Shown: positions 50,001-62,385 of the stretch, piece after piece | How positions within the stretch are numbered: the first letter of the stretch is position 1 | How the letters are laid out: every line of letters starts with the position of its first letter | Assembly (NCBI GenBank): GCA_964016885.1 | Contig: OZ024744.1 | Location: forward strand, 13,206,001-13,270,000 | Length of the DNA stretch: 64,000 bases | Direction: 5' to 3' | DNA from: Eledone cirrhosa | Lineage: Eukaryota | Position numbers and translations under genes: made by a program | The notes under the pieces: generated by a model | The model's database searches: none | The model's input: the letters and a program-made list of their open reading frames with translations, nothing else | Told to the model about the DNA's origin: nothing

Positions 50001-53000
50001 AAAGCCACTCTCTAAATTGAGACATCACAACTCCAATACTATGGACATGTGGTTAGAATGTCTCAGTAGATCAGAGAATCACTCTAGTTAAAGCTACTCT
50101 CTCAATTGAGAGATCACAACTCCCATACTATGGACATGTGGTTAGAATGTCTCAGTAGATCAGAGAGTCACTCCAGTTAGAGCTACTCTCTAAATATAGA
50201 GATCACAACTCCCATACTATGGACATGTGGTAAGAATGTCTCAGTAGATCAGAGAGTCACTCCAGTTAAAGCCACTATCTAAATTGAGAGATCACAACTC
50301 CCATACTATGGACATGTGGTTAGAATGTCTCAGTAGATCAGAGAGTCACTCCAGTTAAAGCCACTCTCTAAATTGAGAGATCACAACTCCAATACTATGG
50401 GCATGGGGTTTGAAAGTCTCAGTAGATTAGAGTGTCACTCCAGTTAAAGCAACTCTCTAAATTGAGAGATCACAACTCCAATACTATGGACATGTGGTTA
50501 GAACGTCTCAGTAGATCAGAGAGTCACTTCAGTTAAAGCCACTCTCTAAATTAAGAGATCACAACTTCCATACTATGGACATGTGGTTAGAATGTCTCAG
50601 TAGATCAGAGAGTCACTCCAGTTAAAGCCACTCTCTAAATTGAGAGATCACAACTCCAATACTATGGTCATGTGGTTAGAATTTCTCAGTAGATCAGAGA
50701 GTCACTCCAGTTAAAGCCACTCTCTAAATTCAGAGATCACAACTCCAACACTATGGACATGGGCTTTGAATGTCTCAGTAGATCAGAGTGTCACTCCAGT
50801 TAAAGCCACTCTCTAAATTGAGAGATCACAACTCCCGTACTATGGACATGTGTTTAGAATGTCTCAGTAGATCAGAGAGTCACTCCAGTTAAAGCCACTC
50901 TCTAAATTGAGAGATCACAACTCCAATACTATGGACATGTGGTTAGAATGTCTCAGTAGATCAGGGAGTCATTCTTGTTAAAGCTACTCTCTAAATTGAG
51001 AGATCACAACTCCCATACTATGGACATGTGGTTACAATCTCTCAGTAGATCAGAGAGACATTCCAGTTAAAGCCACTCTCTAAATTGAGAGATCACAACT
51101 CCCATACTATGGACGTGTGTTTAGAATGTCTCAGTAGATCTGAGAATCACTCCAGTTAAAGCTACTCTCTAAATTGAGAGATCACAACTCCCATACTATG
51201 GACATGTTGTTAGAATGTCTCAGTAGATCAGAGAGTCACTCCAGTTAAAGCCACTCTCTAAATTGAGAGATCACAACTCCAATACTATGGACATGTGGTT
51301 AGAATGTCTCAGTAGATCAGAAAGTCACTCCAGTTAAAGCCACTCTCTAAATTGAGGGATCACAACTCCCATACTATGGACATGTTGTTAGAATGTCTCC
51401 GTAGATCAGAGAGTCACTCCAGTTAAAGCCACTCTCTAAATTGAGAGATCACAACTCCAATACTATGGACATGTGGTTAGAATGTCTCAGTAGATCAGAA
51501 AGTCACTCCAGTTAAAGCCACTCTCTAAATTGAGGGATCACAACTCCCATACTATGGACATGTTGTTAGAATGTCTCCGTAGATCAGAGAGTCACTCCAG
51601 TTAAAGCCACTCTCTAAATTGAGAGATCACAACTCCAATACTATGGCCATGTGGTTAGAATGTCTCAGTAGATCAGAGAGTCACTCCAGTTAAAGCCAGT
51701 CTCTAAATTGAGAGATCACAACTCCCATACTATGGACATGTGGTTAGAATGTCTCAGTAGATCAGAAAGTCACTCCAGTTAAAGCTACACTCTAAATTGA
51801 GAGATCACAACTCCAATACTATGGACATGGGGTTAGAATGTCTCAGTAGATCAGAATGTCACTCCAGTTAAAGCCACTCTCTAAATTGAGGGATCACAAA
51901 TCCCATACGATGGACATGTTGTTAGAATGTCTCAGTAGATCAGAGAGTCACTCCAGTTAAAGCCACTCTCTAAATTGAGAGATCACAACTCCAATACTAT
52001 GGACATGGGGTTTGAATGTCTCAGTAGATCAGAGAGTCGCTCAAGTTAAAGCCACTCTCTGAATTGAGAGATCACAACTCCAATACTATGGACATGAGGT
52101 TAGAATGTCTCAGTAGATCAGAGTGTCACTCCAGTTAAAGCTACTCTCTAAATTGAGAGATCACATCTCCCATACTATGGACATGTGGTTAGAATGTCTC
52201 AGTAGATCAGAGAGTCACTCTTGTTAAAGCTACTCTCTAAATTAAGAGATCACAACTCCCATACTATGGACATGTTGTTTAAATGTCTCAGTAGATCAGA
52301 GTATCACTCCAGTTAAAGCTGCTCTCTAAATTGAGAGATTGCAACTCCCATACTATGGACATGTGGTTAGAATGTCTCAGTAGATCAGAGAATCACTCCA
52401 GTTAAAGCTACTCTCTAAATTGAGAGATCACATCTCCCATACTATGGACATGTGGTTAGAATATCTCAGTAGAACAGAGAGTCTCTCTTGTTAAAGTTAC
52501 TCTCTAAATTGAGAGATCACAACTCCATACTATGGACATGGGGTTTGAAAGTCTCAGTAGATTAGAGTGTCACTCCAGTTAAAGCCACTCTCTAAATTCA
52601 GAGATCACAACTCCAAAACTATGGACATGGGGTTTGAATGTCTCAGTAGATCAGAGTGTCACTCCAGTTAAAGTTACTCTCTAAATTGAGAGATCACAAA
52701 TCCAATAATATGGACATGGGGTTTGAATGTCTCAGTAGATCAGAGAGTCACTCCAGTTAAAGCTACTCTCTAAATTGAGAGATCACAACTCCAATACTAT
52801 GGACATGTGGTTAGAATGTCTCAGTAGATCAGAGAATCACTCCAGTTAAAGCTACTCTCGAAATTGAGAGATCACATCTCCCATACTATGGACATGTGGT
52901 TAGAATGTCTCAGTAGATCAGGGAGTCATTCTTGTTAAATCTACTCTCTAAATTGAGAGATCACAACTCCCATACTATGGACATGTGGTTACAATCTCTC

Positions 53001-53068
53001 AGTAGATCAGAGAGTCACTCCAGTTAAAGCCACTCTCTAAATTGAGAGATCACAACTCCAATACTATG
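41075..53068. repeat. 67-monomer tandem duplication (5963 bp), 2 copies
   Basis: GGCC variant at 41143 and 47106. ATATAG variant at 44231 and 50194. Offset 5963=67x89. Confidence 0.92.
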
Positions 53069-56000
53069 GACATGGGGTTTGAATGTCTCACTAGATCAGA
53101 GAGTCACTCCAGTTAAAGCTACTCTCTAAATTGAGAGATCACAACTCCAATACTATGGACATGTGGTTAGAATGTCTCAGTAGATCAGAGAATCACTCCA
53201 GTTAAAGCTACTCTCTAAATTGAGAGATCACATCTCCCATACTATGGACATGTGGTTAGAATGTCTCAGTAGAACAGAGAGTCTCTCTTGTTAAAGCTAC
53301 TCTCTAAATTGATAGATCACAACTCCATACTATGGACATGTGGTTAGAATGTCTCAGTAGATCAGGGAGTCATTCTTGTTAAATCTACTCTCTAAATTGA
53401 GAGATCACAACTCCCATACTATGGACGTGTGGTTAGAATGTCACAGTAGATCAGAGAATCACTCCAGTTAAAGCTACACTCTAAATTGAGAGATCACAAC
53501 TCCTATACTATGGACATGGTGTTAGAATGTCTCAGTAGATCAGAGTGTCACTCCAGTAAAAGGCACTCTCTAAATTGAGGGATCACAACTCCGATACTAT
53601 GGACATGTTGTTAGAATGTCTCAGTAGATCAGAGAGTCACTCCAGTTAAAGCCACTCTCTAAATTGAGAGATCACAACTCCAATACTATGGACATGGGTT
53701 TTGAAAGTCTCAGTAGATTAGAGTGTCACTCCAGTTAAAGCTACTCTCTAAATTGAGAGATCACAACTCCAATACTATGGACATGGGGTTTGAATGTCTC
53801 AGTAGATCAGAGAGTCGCTCAAGTTAAAGCCACTCTATAAATTGAGAGATCACAACTCCAATACTATGGACATGTGGTTAGAATGTCTCAGTAGATCAGA
53901 GTGTCACTCCAGTTAAAGCTACTCTCTGAATTGAGAGATCACATCTCCCATACTATGGACATGTGTTTAGAATGTCTCAGTAGATCAGAAAGTCACTCCA
54001 GTTAAAGCTACACTCTAAATTGAGAGATCACAACTCCTATACTATGGACATAGGGTTAGAATGTCTCAGTAGATCAGAGAGTCACTCCAGTTAAAGCCAC
54101 ACTCTAAATTGAGGGATCACAACTCCCATACTATGGACATCGGCTTTGAATGTCTCAGTAGATCAGAGAGTCGCTCAAGTTAAAGCCACTCTCTAAATTG
54201 AGAGATCACAACTCCAATACTATGGACATGTGGTTAGAATGTCTCAGTAGATCGGAGTGTCACTCCAGTTAAAGCTACTCTCTAAATTGAGAGATCGCAT
54301 CTCCCATACTCTGGACATGGGGTTAGAATGTCTCAGTAGATCAGAGAGTCACTCTTGTTAAAGCTACTCTTTAAATTGAGAGATCACAACTCCCATAATA
54401 TGGACATGGGGTTTGAATGTCTCAGTAGATCAGGGAGTCACTCCAGTTAAAGCTACTCTCTAAATTGAGAGATCACAACTCCCATACTATGGACATGTGG
54501 TTAGAATGTCTCAGTAGATCAGAGAGTCACTCCAGTTAGAGCTACTCTCTAAATTGAGAGATCACAACTCCAATTATATGGGCATGGGGTTTGAAAGTCT
54601 CAGTAGATTAGAGTGTCACTCCAGTTAAAGCAACTCTCTAAATTGAGAGATCACAACTCCAATACTATGGACATGTGGTTAGAACGTCTCAGTAGATCAG
54701 AGAGTCACTTCAGTTAAAGGCACTCTCTAAATTAAGAGATCACAACTTCCATACTATGGACATGTGGCTAGAATGTCTCAGTAGATCAGAGAGTCACTCC
54801 AGTTAAAGCCACTCTCTAAATTGAGAGATCACAACTCCAATACTATGGTCATGTGGTTAGAATGTCTCAGTAGATCAGAGAGTCACTCCAGTTAAAGCCA
54901 CTCTCTAAATTCAGAGATCACAACTCCAACACTATGGACATGGGCTTTGAATGTCTCAGTAGATCAGAGTGTCACTCCAGTTAAAGCCACTCTCTAAATT
55001 GAGAGATCACAACTCCCGTACTATGGACATGTGTTTAGAATGTCTCAGTAGATCAGAGAGTCACTCCAGTTAAAGCCACTCTCTAAATTGAGAGATCACA
55101 ACTCCAATACTATGGACATGTGGTTAGAATGTCTCAGTAGATCAGGGAGTCATTCTTGTTAAAGCTACTCTCTAAATTGAGAGATCACAACTCCCATACT
55201 ATGGACATGTGGTTACAATCTCTCAGTAGATCAGAGAGACATTCCCGTTAAAGCCACTCTCTAAATTGAGAGATCACAACTCCCATACTATGGACGTGTG
55301 GTTAGAATGTCTCAGTAGATCTGAGAATCACTCCAGTTAAAGCTACTCTCTAAATTGAGAGATCACAACTCCCATACTATGGAAATGTGGTTAGAATGTC
55401 TCAGTAGATCAGAGAGTCACTCCAGTTAAAGCCACTCTCTAAATTCAGAGATCACAACTCCAACACTATGGACATGGGCTTTGAATGTCTCAGTAGATCA
55501 GAGTGTCACTCCAGTTAAAGCAACTCTCTAAATTGAGAGATCACAACTCCCGTACTATGGACATGTGTTTAGAATGTCTCAGTAGATCAGGGAGTCATTC
55601 TTGTTAAAGCTACTCTCTAAATTGAGAGATCACAACTCCCATACTATGGACATGTGGTTACAATCTCTCAGTAGATCAGAGAGACATTCCAGTTAAAGCC
55701 ACTCTCTAAATTGAGAGATCACAACTCCCATACTATGGACGTGTGGTTAGAATGTCTCAGTAGATCTGAGAATCAGTCCAGTTAAAGCTACTCTCTAAAT
55801 TGAGAGATCACAACTCCCATACTATGGAAATGTGGTTAGAATGTCTCAGTAGATCAGAGAGTCACTCCAGTTAAAGCCACTCTCTAAATTGAGGGATCAC
55901 AACTCCCATACTATGGACATGTGGTTAGAATGTTTCAGTAGATCAGAAAGTCACTCCAGTTAAAGCTACACTCTAAATTGAGAGATCACAACTCCAATAC

Positions 56001-59000
56001 TATGGACATGGGGTTAGAATGTCTCAGTAGATCAGAGTGTCACTCCAGTTAAAGCCACTCTCTAAATTGAGGGATCACGAATCCCATACGATGGACATGT
56101 TGTTAGAATGTCTCAGTAGATCAGAGAGTCACTCCAGTTAATGCCACTCTCTAAATTGAGAGATCACAACTCCAATACTATGGACATGTGTTTAGAATGA
56201 CTCAGTAGATCAGAAAGTCACTCCAGTTAAAGCTACACTCTAAATTGAGAGATCACAACTCCTATACTATGGACATGGGGTTAGAATGTCTCAGTAGATC
56301 AGAGAGTCACTCCAGTTAAAGCCACTCTCTAAATTGAGGGATCACAACTCCCATACTATGGACATGGGGTTTGAATGTCTCAGTAGATCAGAGAGTCGCT
56401 CAAGTTAAAGCCACTCTCTAAATTGAGAGATCACAACTCCAATACTATGGACATGTGGTTAGAATGTCTCAGTAGATCGGAGTGTCACTCCAGTTAAAGC
56501 TACTCTCTAAATTGAGAGATCGCATCTCCCATACTCTGGACATGGGGTTAGAATGTCTCAGTAGATCAGAGAGTCACTCTTGTTAAAGCTACTCTTTAAA
56601 TTGAGAGATCACAACTCCCATAATATGGACATGGGGTTTGAATGTCTCAGTAGATCAGAGAGTCACTCCAGTTAAAGCTACTCTCTAAATTGAGAGATCA
56701 CAACTCCAATACTATGGACATGTGGTTAGAATGTCTCAGTAGATCAGAGAATCACTCCAGTTAAAGCTACTCTCTAAATTGAGAGATCACATCTCCCATA
56801 CTATGGACATGTGGTTAGAATGTCTCAGTAGATCAGAGAGTCACTCCAGTTAACGCTACTCTCTAAATTGAGAGATCACAACTCCCATACTATGGACATG
56901 TGGTTAGAATGTCTCAGTAGATCAGAGAGTCACTCCAGTTAAAGCCACTCTCTAAATTGAGACATCACAACTCCAATACTATGGACATGTGGTTAGAATG
57001 TCTCAGTAGATCAGAGAATCACTCTAGTTAAAGCTACTCTCTCAATTGAGAGATCACAACTCCCATACTATGGACATGTGGTTAGAATGTCTCAGTAGAT
57101 CAGAGAGTCACTCCAGTTAGAGCTACTCTCTAAATATAGAGATCACAACTCCCATACTATGGACATGTGGTAAGAATGTCTCAGTAGATCAGAGAGTCAC
57201 TCCAGTTAAAGCCACTATCTAAATTGAGAGATCACAACTCCCATACTATGGACATGTGGTTAGAATGTCTCAGTAGATCAGAGAGTCACTCCAGTTAAAG
57301 CCACTCTCTAAATTGAGAGATCACAACTCCAATACTATGGGCATGGGGTTTGAAAGTCTCAGTAGATTAGAGTGTCACTCCAGTTAAAGCAACTCTCTAA
57401 ATTGAGAGATCACAACTCCAATACTATGGACATGTGGTTAGAACGTCTCAGTAGATCAGAGAGTCACTTCAGTTAAAGCCACTCTCTAAATTAAGAGATC
57501 ACAACTTCCATACTATGGACATGTGGTTAGAATGTCTCAGTAGATCAGAGAGTCACTCCAGTTAAAGCCACTCTCTAAATTGAGAGATCACAACTCCAAT
57601 ACTATGGTCATGTGGTTAGAATTTCTCAGTAGATCAGAGAGTCACTCCAGTTAAAGCCACTCTCTAAATTCAGAGATCACAACTCCAACACTATGGACAT
57701 GGGCTTTGAATGTCTCAGTAGATCAGAGTGTCACTCCAGTTAAAGCCACTCTCTAAATTGAGAGATCACAACTCCCGTACTATGGACATGTGTTTAGAAT
57801 GTCTCAGTAGATCAGAGAGTCACTCCAGTTAAAGCCACTCTCTAAATTGAGAGATCACAACTCCAATACTATGGACATGTGGTTAGAATGTCTCAGTAGA
57901 TCAGGGAGTCATTCTTGTTAAAGCTACTCTCTAAATTGAGAGATCACAACTCCCATACTATGGACATGTGGTTACAATCTCTCAGTAGATCAGAGAGACA
58001 TTCCAGTTAAAGCCACTCTCTAAATTGAGAGATCACAACTCCCATACTATGGACGTGTGTTTAGAATGTCTCAGTAGATCTGAGAATCACTCCAGTTAAA
58101 GCTACTCTCTAAATTGAGAGATCACAACTCCCATACTATGGACATGTTGTTAGAATGTCTCAGTAGATCAGAGAGTCACTCCAGTTAAAGCCACTCTCTA
58201 AATTGAGAGATCACAACTCCAATACTATGGACATGTGGTTAGAATGTCTCAGTAGATCAGAAAGTCACTCCAGTTAAAGCCACTCTCTAAATTGAGGGAT
58301 CACAACTCCCATACTATGGACATGTTGTTAGAATGTCTCCGTAGATCAGAGAGTCACTCCAGTTAAAGCCACTCTCTAAATTGAGAGATCACAACTCCAA
58401 TACTATGGACATGTGGTTAGAATGTCTCAGTAGATCAGAAAGTCACTCCAGTTAAAGCCACTCTCTAAATTGAGGGATCACAACTCCCATACTATGGACA
58501 TGTTGTTAGAATGTCTCCGTAGATCAGAGAGTCACTCCAGTTAAAGCCACTCTCTAAATTGAGAGATCACAACTCCAATACTATGGCCATGTGGTTAGAA
58601 TGTCTCAGTAGATCAGAGAGTCACTCCAGTTAAAGCCAGTCTCTAAATTGAGAGATCACAACTCCCATACTATGGACATGTGGTTAGAATGTCTCAGTAG
58701 ATCAGAAAGTCACTCCAGTTAAAGCTACACTCTAAATTGAGAGATCACAACTCCAATACTATGGACATGGGGTTAGAATGTCTCAGTAGATCAGAATGTC
58801 ACTCCAGTTAAAGCCACTCTCTAAATTGAGGGATCACAAATCCCATACGATGGACATGTTGTTAGAATGTCTCAGTAGATCAGAGAGTCACTCCAGTTAA
58901 AGCCACTCTCTAAATTGAGAGATCACAACTCCAATACTATGGACATGGGGTTTGAATGTCTCAGTAGATCAGAGAGTCGCTCAAGTTAAAGCCACTCTCT

Positions 59001-62000
59001 GAATTGAGAGATCACAACTCCAATACTATGGACATGAGGTTAGAATGTCTCAGTAGATCAGAGTGTCACTCCAGTTAAAGCTACTCTCTAAATTGAGAGA
59101 TCACATCTCCCATACTATGGACATGTGGTTAGAATGTCTCAGTAGATCAGAGAGTCACTCTTGTTAAAGCTACTCTCTAAATTAAGAGATCACAACTCCC
59201 ATACTATGGACATGTTGTTTAAATGTCTCAGTAGATCAGAGTATCACTCCAGTTAAAGCTGCTCTCTAAATTGAGAGATTGCAACTCCCATACTATGGAC
59301 ATGTGGTTAGAATGTCTCAGTAGATCAGAGAATCACTCCAGTTAAAGCTACTCTCTAAATTGAGAGATCACATCTCCCATACTATGGACATGTGGTTAGA
59401 ATATCTCAGTAGAACAGAGAGTCTCTCTTGTTAAAGTTACTCTCTAAATTGAGAGATCACAACTCCATACTATGGACATGGGGTTTGAAAGTCTCAGTAG
59501 ATTAGAGTGTCACTCCAGTTAAAGCCACTCTCTAAATTCAGAGATCACAACTCCAAAACTATGGACATGGGGTTTGAATGTCTCAGTAGATCAGAGTGTC
59601 ACTCCAGTTAAAGTTACTCTCTAAATTGAGAGATCACAAATCCAATAATATGGACATGGGGTTTGAATGTCTCAGTAGATCAGAGAGTCACTCCAGTTAA
59701 AGCTACTCTCTAAATTGAGAGATCACAACTCCAATACTATGGACATGTGGTTAGAATGTCTCAGTAGATCAGAGAATCACTCCAGTTAAAGCTACTCTCG
59801 AAATTGAGAGATCACATCTCCCATACTATGGACATGTGGTTAGAATGTCTCAGTAGATCAGGGAGTCATTCTTGTTAAATCTACTCTCTAAATTGAGAGA
59901 TCACAACTCCCATACTATGGACATGTGGTTACAATCTCTCAGTAGATCAGAGAGTCACTCCAGTTAAAGCCACTCTCTAAATTGAGAGATCACAACTCCA
60001 ATACTATGGACATGGGGTTTGAATGTCTCACTAGATCAGAGAGTCACTCCAGTTAAAGCTACTCTCTAAATTGAGAGATCACAACTCCAATACTATGGAC
60101 ATGTGGTTAGAATGTCTCAGTAGATCAGAGAATCACTCCAGTTAAAGCTACTCTCTAAATTGAGAGATCACATCTCCCATACTATGGACATGTGGTTAGA
60201 ATGTCTCAGTAGAACAGAGAGTCTCTCTTGTTAAAGCTACTCTCTAAATTGATAGATCACAACTCCATACTATGGACATGTGGTTAGAATGTCTCAGTAG
60301 ATCAGGGAGTCATTCTTGTTAAATCTACTCTCTAAATTGAGAGATCACAACTCCCATACTATGGACGTGTGGTTAGAATGTCACAGTAGATCAGAGAATC
60401 ACTCCAGTTAAAGCTACACTCTAAATTGAGAGATCACAACTCCTATACTATGGACATGGTGTTAGAATGTCTCAGTAGATCAGAGTGTCACTCCAGTAAA
60501 AGGCACTCTCTAAATTGAGGGATCACAACTCCGATACTATGGACATGTTGTTAGAATGTCTCAGTAGATCAGAGAGTCACTCCAGTTAAAGCCACTCTCT
60601 AAATTGAGAGATCACAACTCCAATACTATGGACATGGGTTTTGAAAGTCTCAGTAGATTAGAGTGTCACTCCAGTTAAAGCTACTCTCTAAATTGAGAGA
60701 TCACAACTCCAATACTATGGACATGGGGTTTGAATGTCTCAGTAGATCAGAGAGTCGCTCAAGTTAAAGCCACTCTCTAAATTGAGAGATCACAACTCCA
60801 ATACTATGGACATGTGGTTAGAATGTCTCAGTAGATCAGAGTGTCACTCCAGTTAAAGCTACTCTCTGAATTGAGAGATCACATCTCCCATACTATGGAC
60901 ATGTGTTTAGAATGTCTCAGTAGATCAGAAAGTCACTCCAGTTAAAGCTACACTCTAAATTGAGAGATCACAACTCCTATACTATGGACATAGGGTTAGA
61001 ATGTCTCAGTAGATCAGAGAGTCACTCCAGTTAAAGCCACACTCTAAATTGAGGGATCACAACTCCCATACTATGGACATCGGCTTTGAATGTCTCAGTA
61101 GATCAGAGAGTCGCTCAAGTTAAAGCCACTCTCTAAATTGAGAGATCACAACTCCAATACTATGGACATGTGGTTAGAATGTCTCAGTAGATCGGAGTGT
61201 CACTCCAGTTAAAGCTACTCTCTAAATTGAGAGATCGCATCTCCCATACTCTGGACATGGGGTTAGAATGTCTCAGTAGATCAGAGAGTCACTCTTGTTA
61301 AAGCTACTCTTTAAATTGAGAGATCACAACTCCCATAATATGGACATGGGGTTTGAATGTCTCAGTAGATCAGGGAGTCACTCCAGTTAAAGCTACTCTC
61401 TAAATTGAGAGATCACAACTCCCATACTATGGACATGTGGTTAGAATGTCTCAGTAGATCAGAGAGTCACTCCAGTTAGAGCTACTCTCTAAATTGAGAG
61501 ATCACAACTCCAATTATATGGGCATGGGGTTTGAAAGTCTCAGTAGATTAGAGTGTCACTCCAGTTAAAGCAACTCTCTAAATTGAGAGATCACAACTCC
61601 AATACTATGGACATGTGGTTAGAACGTCTCAGTAGATCAGAGAGTCACTTCAGTTAAAGGCACTCTCTAAATTAAGAGATCACAACTTCCATACTATGGA
61701 CATGTGGCTAGAATGTCTCAGTAGATCAGAGAGTCACTCCAGTTAAAGCCACTCTCTAAATTGAGAGATCACAACTCCAATACTATGGTCATGTGGTTAG
61801 AATGTCTCAGTAGATCAGAGAGTCACTCCAGTTAAAGTCACTCTCTAAATTCAGAGATCACAACTCCAACACTATGGACATGGGCTTTGAATGTCTCAGT
61901 AGATCAGAGTGTCACTCCAGTTAAAGCCACTCTCTAAATTGAGAGATCACAACTCCCGTACTATGGACATGTGTTTAGAATGTCTCAGTAGATCAGAGAG

Positions 62001-62385
62001 TCACTCCAGTTAAAGCCACTCTCTAAATTGAGAGATCACAACTCCAATACTATGGACATGTGGTTAGAATGTCTCAGTAGATCAGGGAGTCATTCTTGTT
62101 AAAGCTACTCTCTAAATTGAGAGATCACAACTCCCATACTATGGACATGTGGTTACAATCTCTCAGTAGATCAGAGAGACATTCCCGTTAAAGCCACTCT
62201 CTAAATTGAGAGATCACAACTCCCATACTATGGACGTGTGGTTAGAATGTCTCAGTAGATCTGAGAATCACTCCAGTTAAAGCTACTCTCTAAATTGAGA
62301 GATCACAACTCCCATACTATGGAAATGTGGTTAGAATGTCTCAGTAGATCAGAGAGTCACTCCAGTTAAAGCCACTCTCTAAATT
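48445..62385. repeat. 78-monomer tandem duplication (6940 bp), 2 near-identical copies
   Basis: ATATAG at 50194 and 57134. GGAAATGTGG at 55381 and 62321. Offset 6940=78x89-2, because each unit holds two 88-bp monomers. The match breaks at 55446/62386. Confidence 0.93.
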
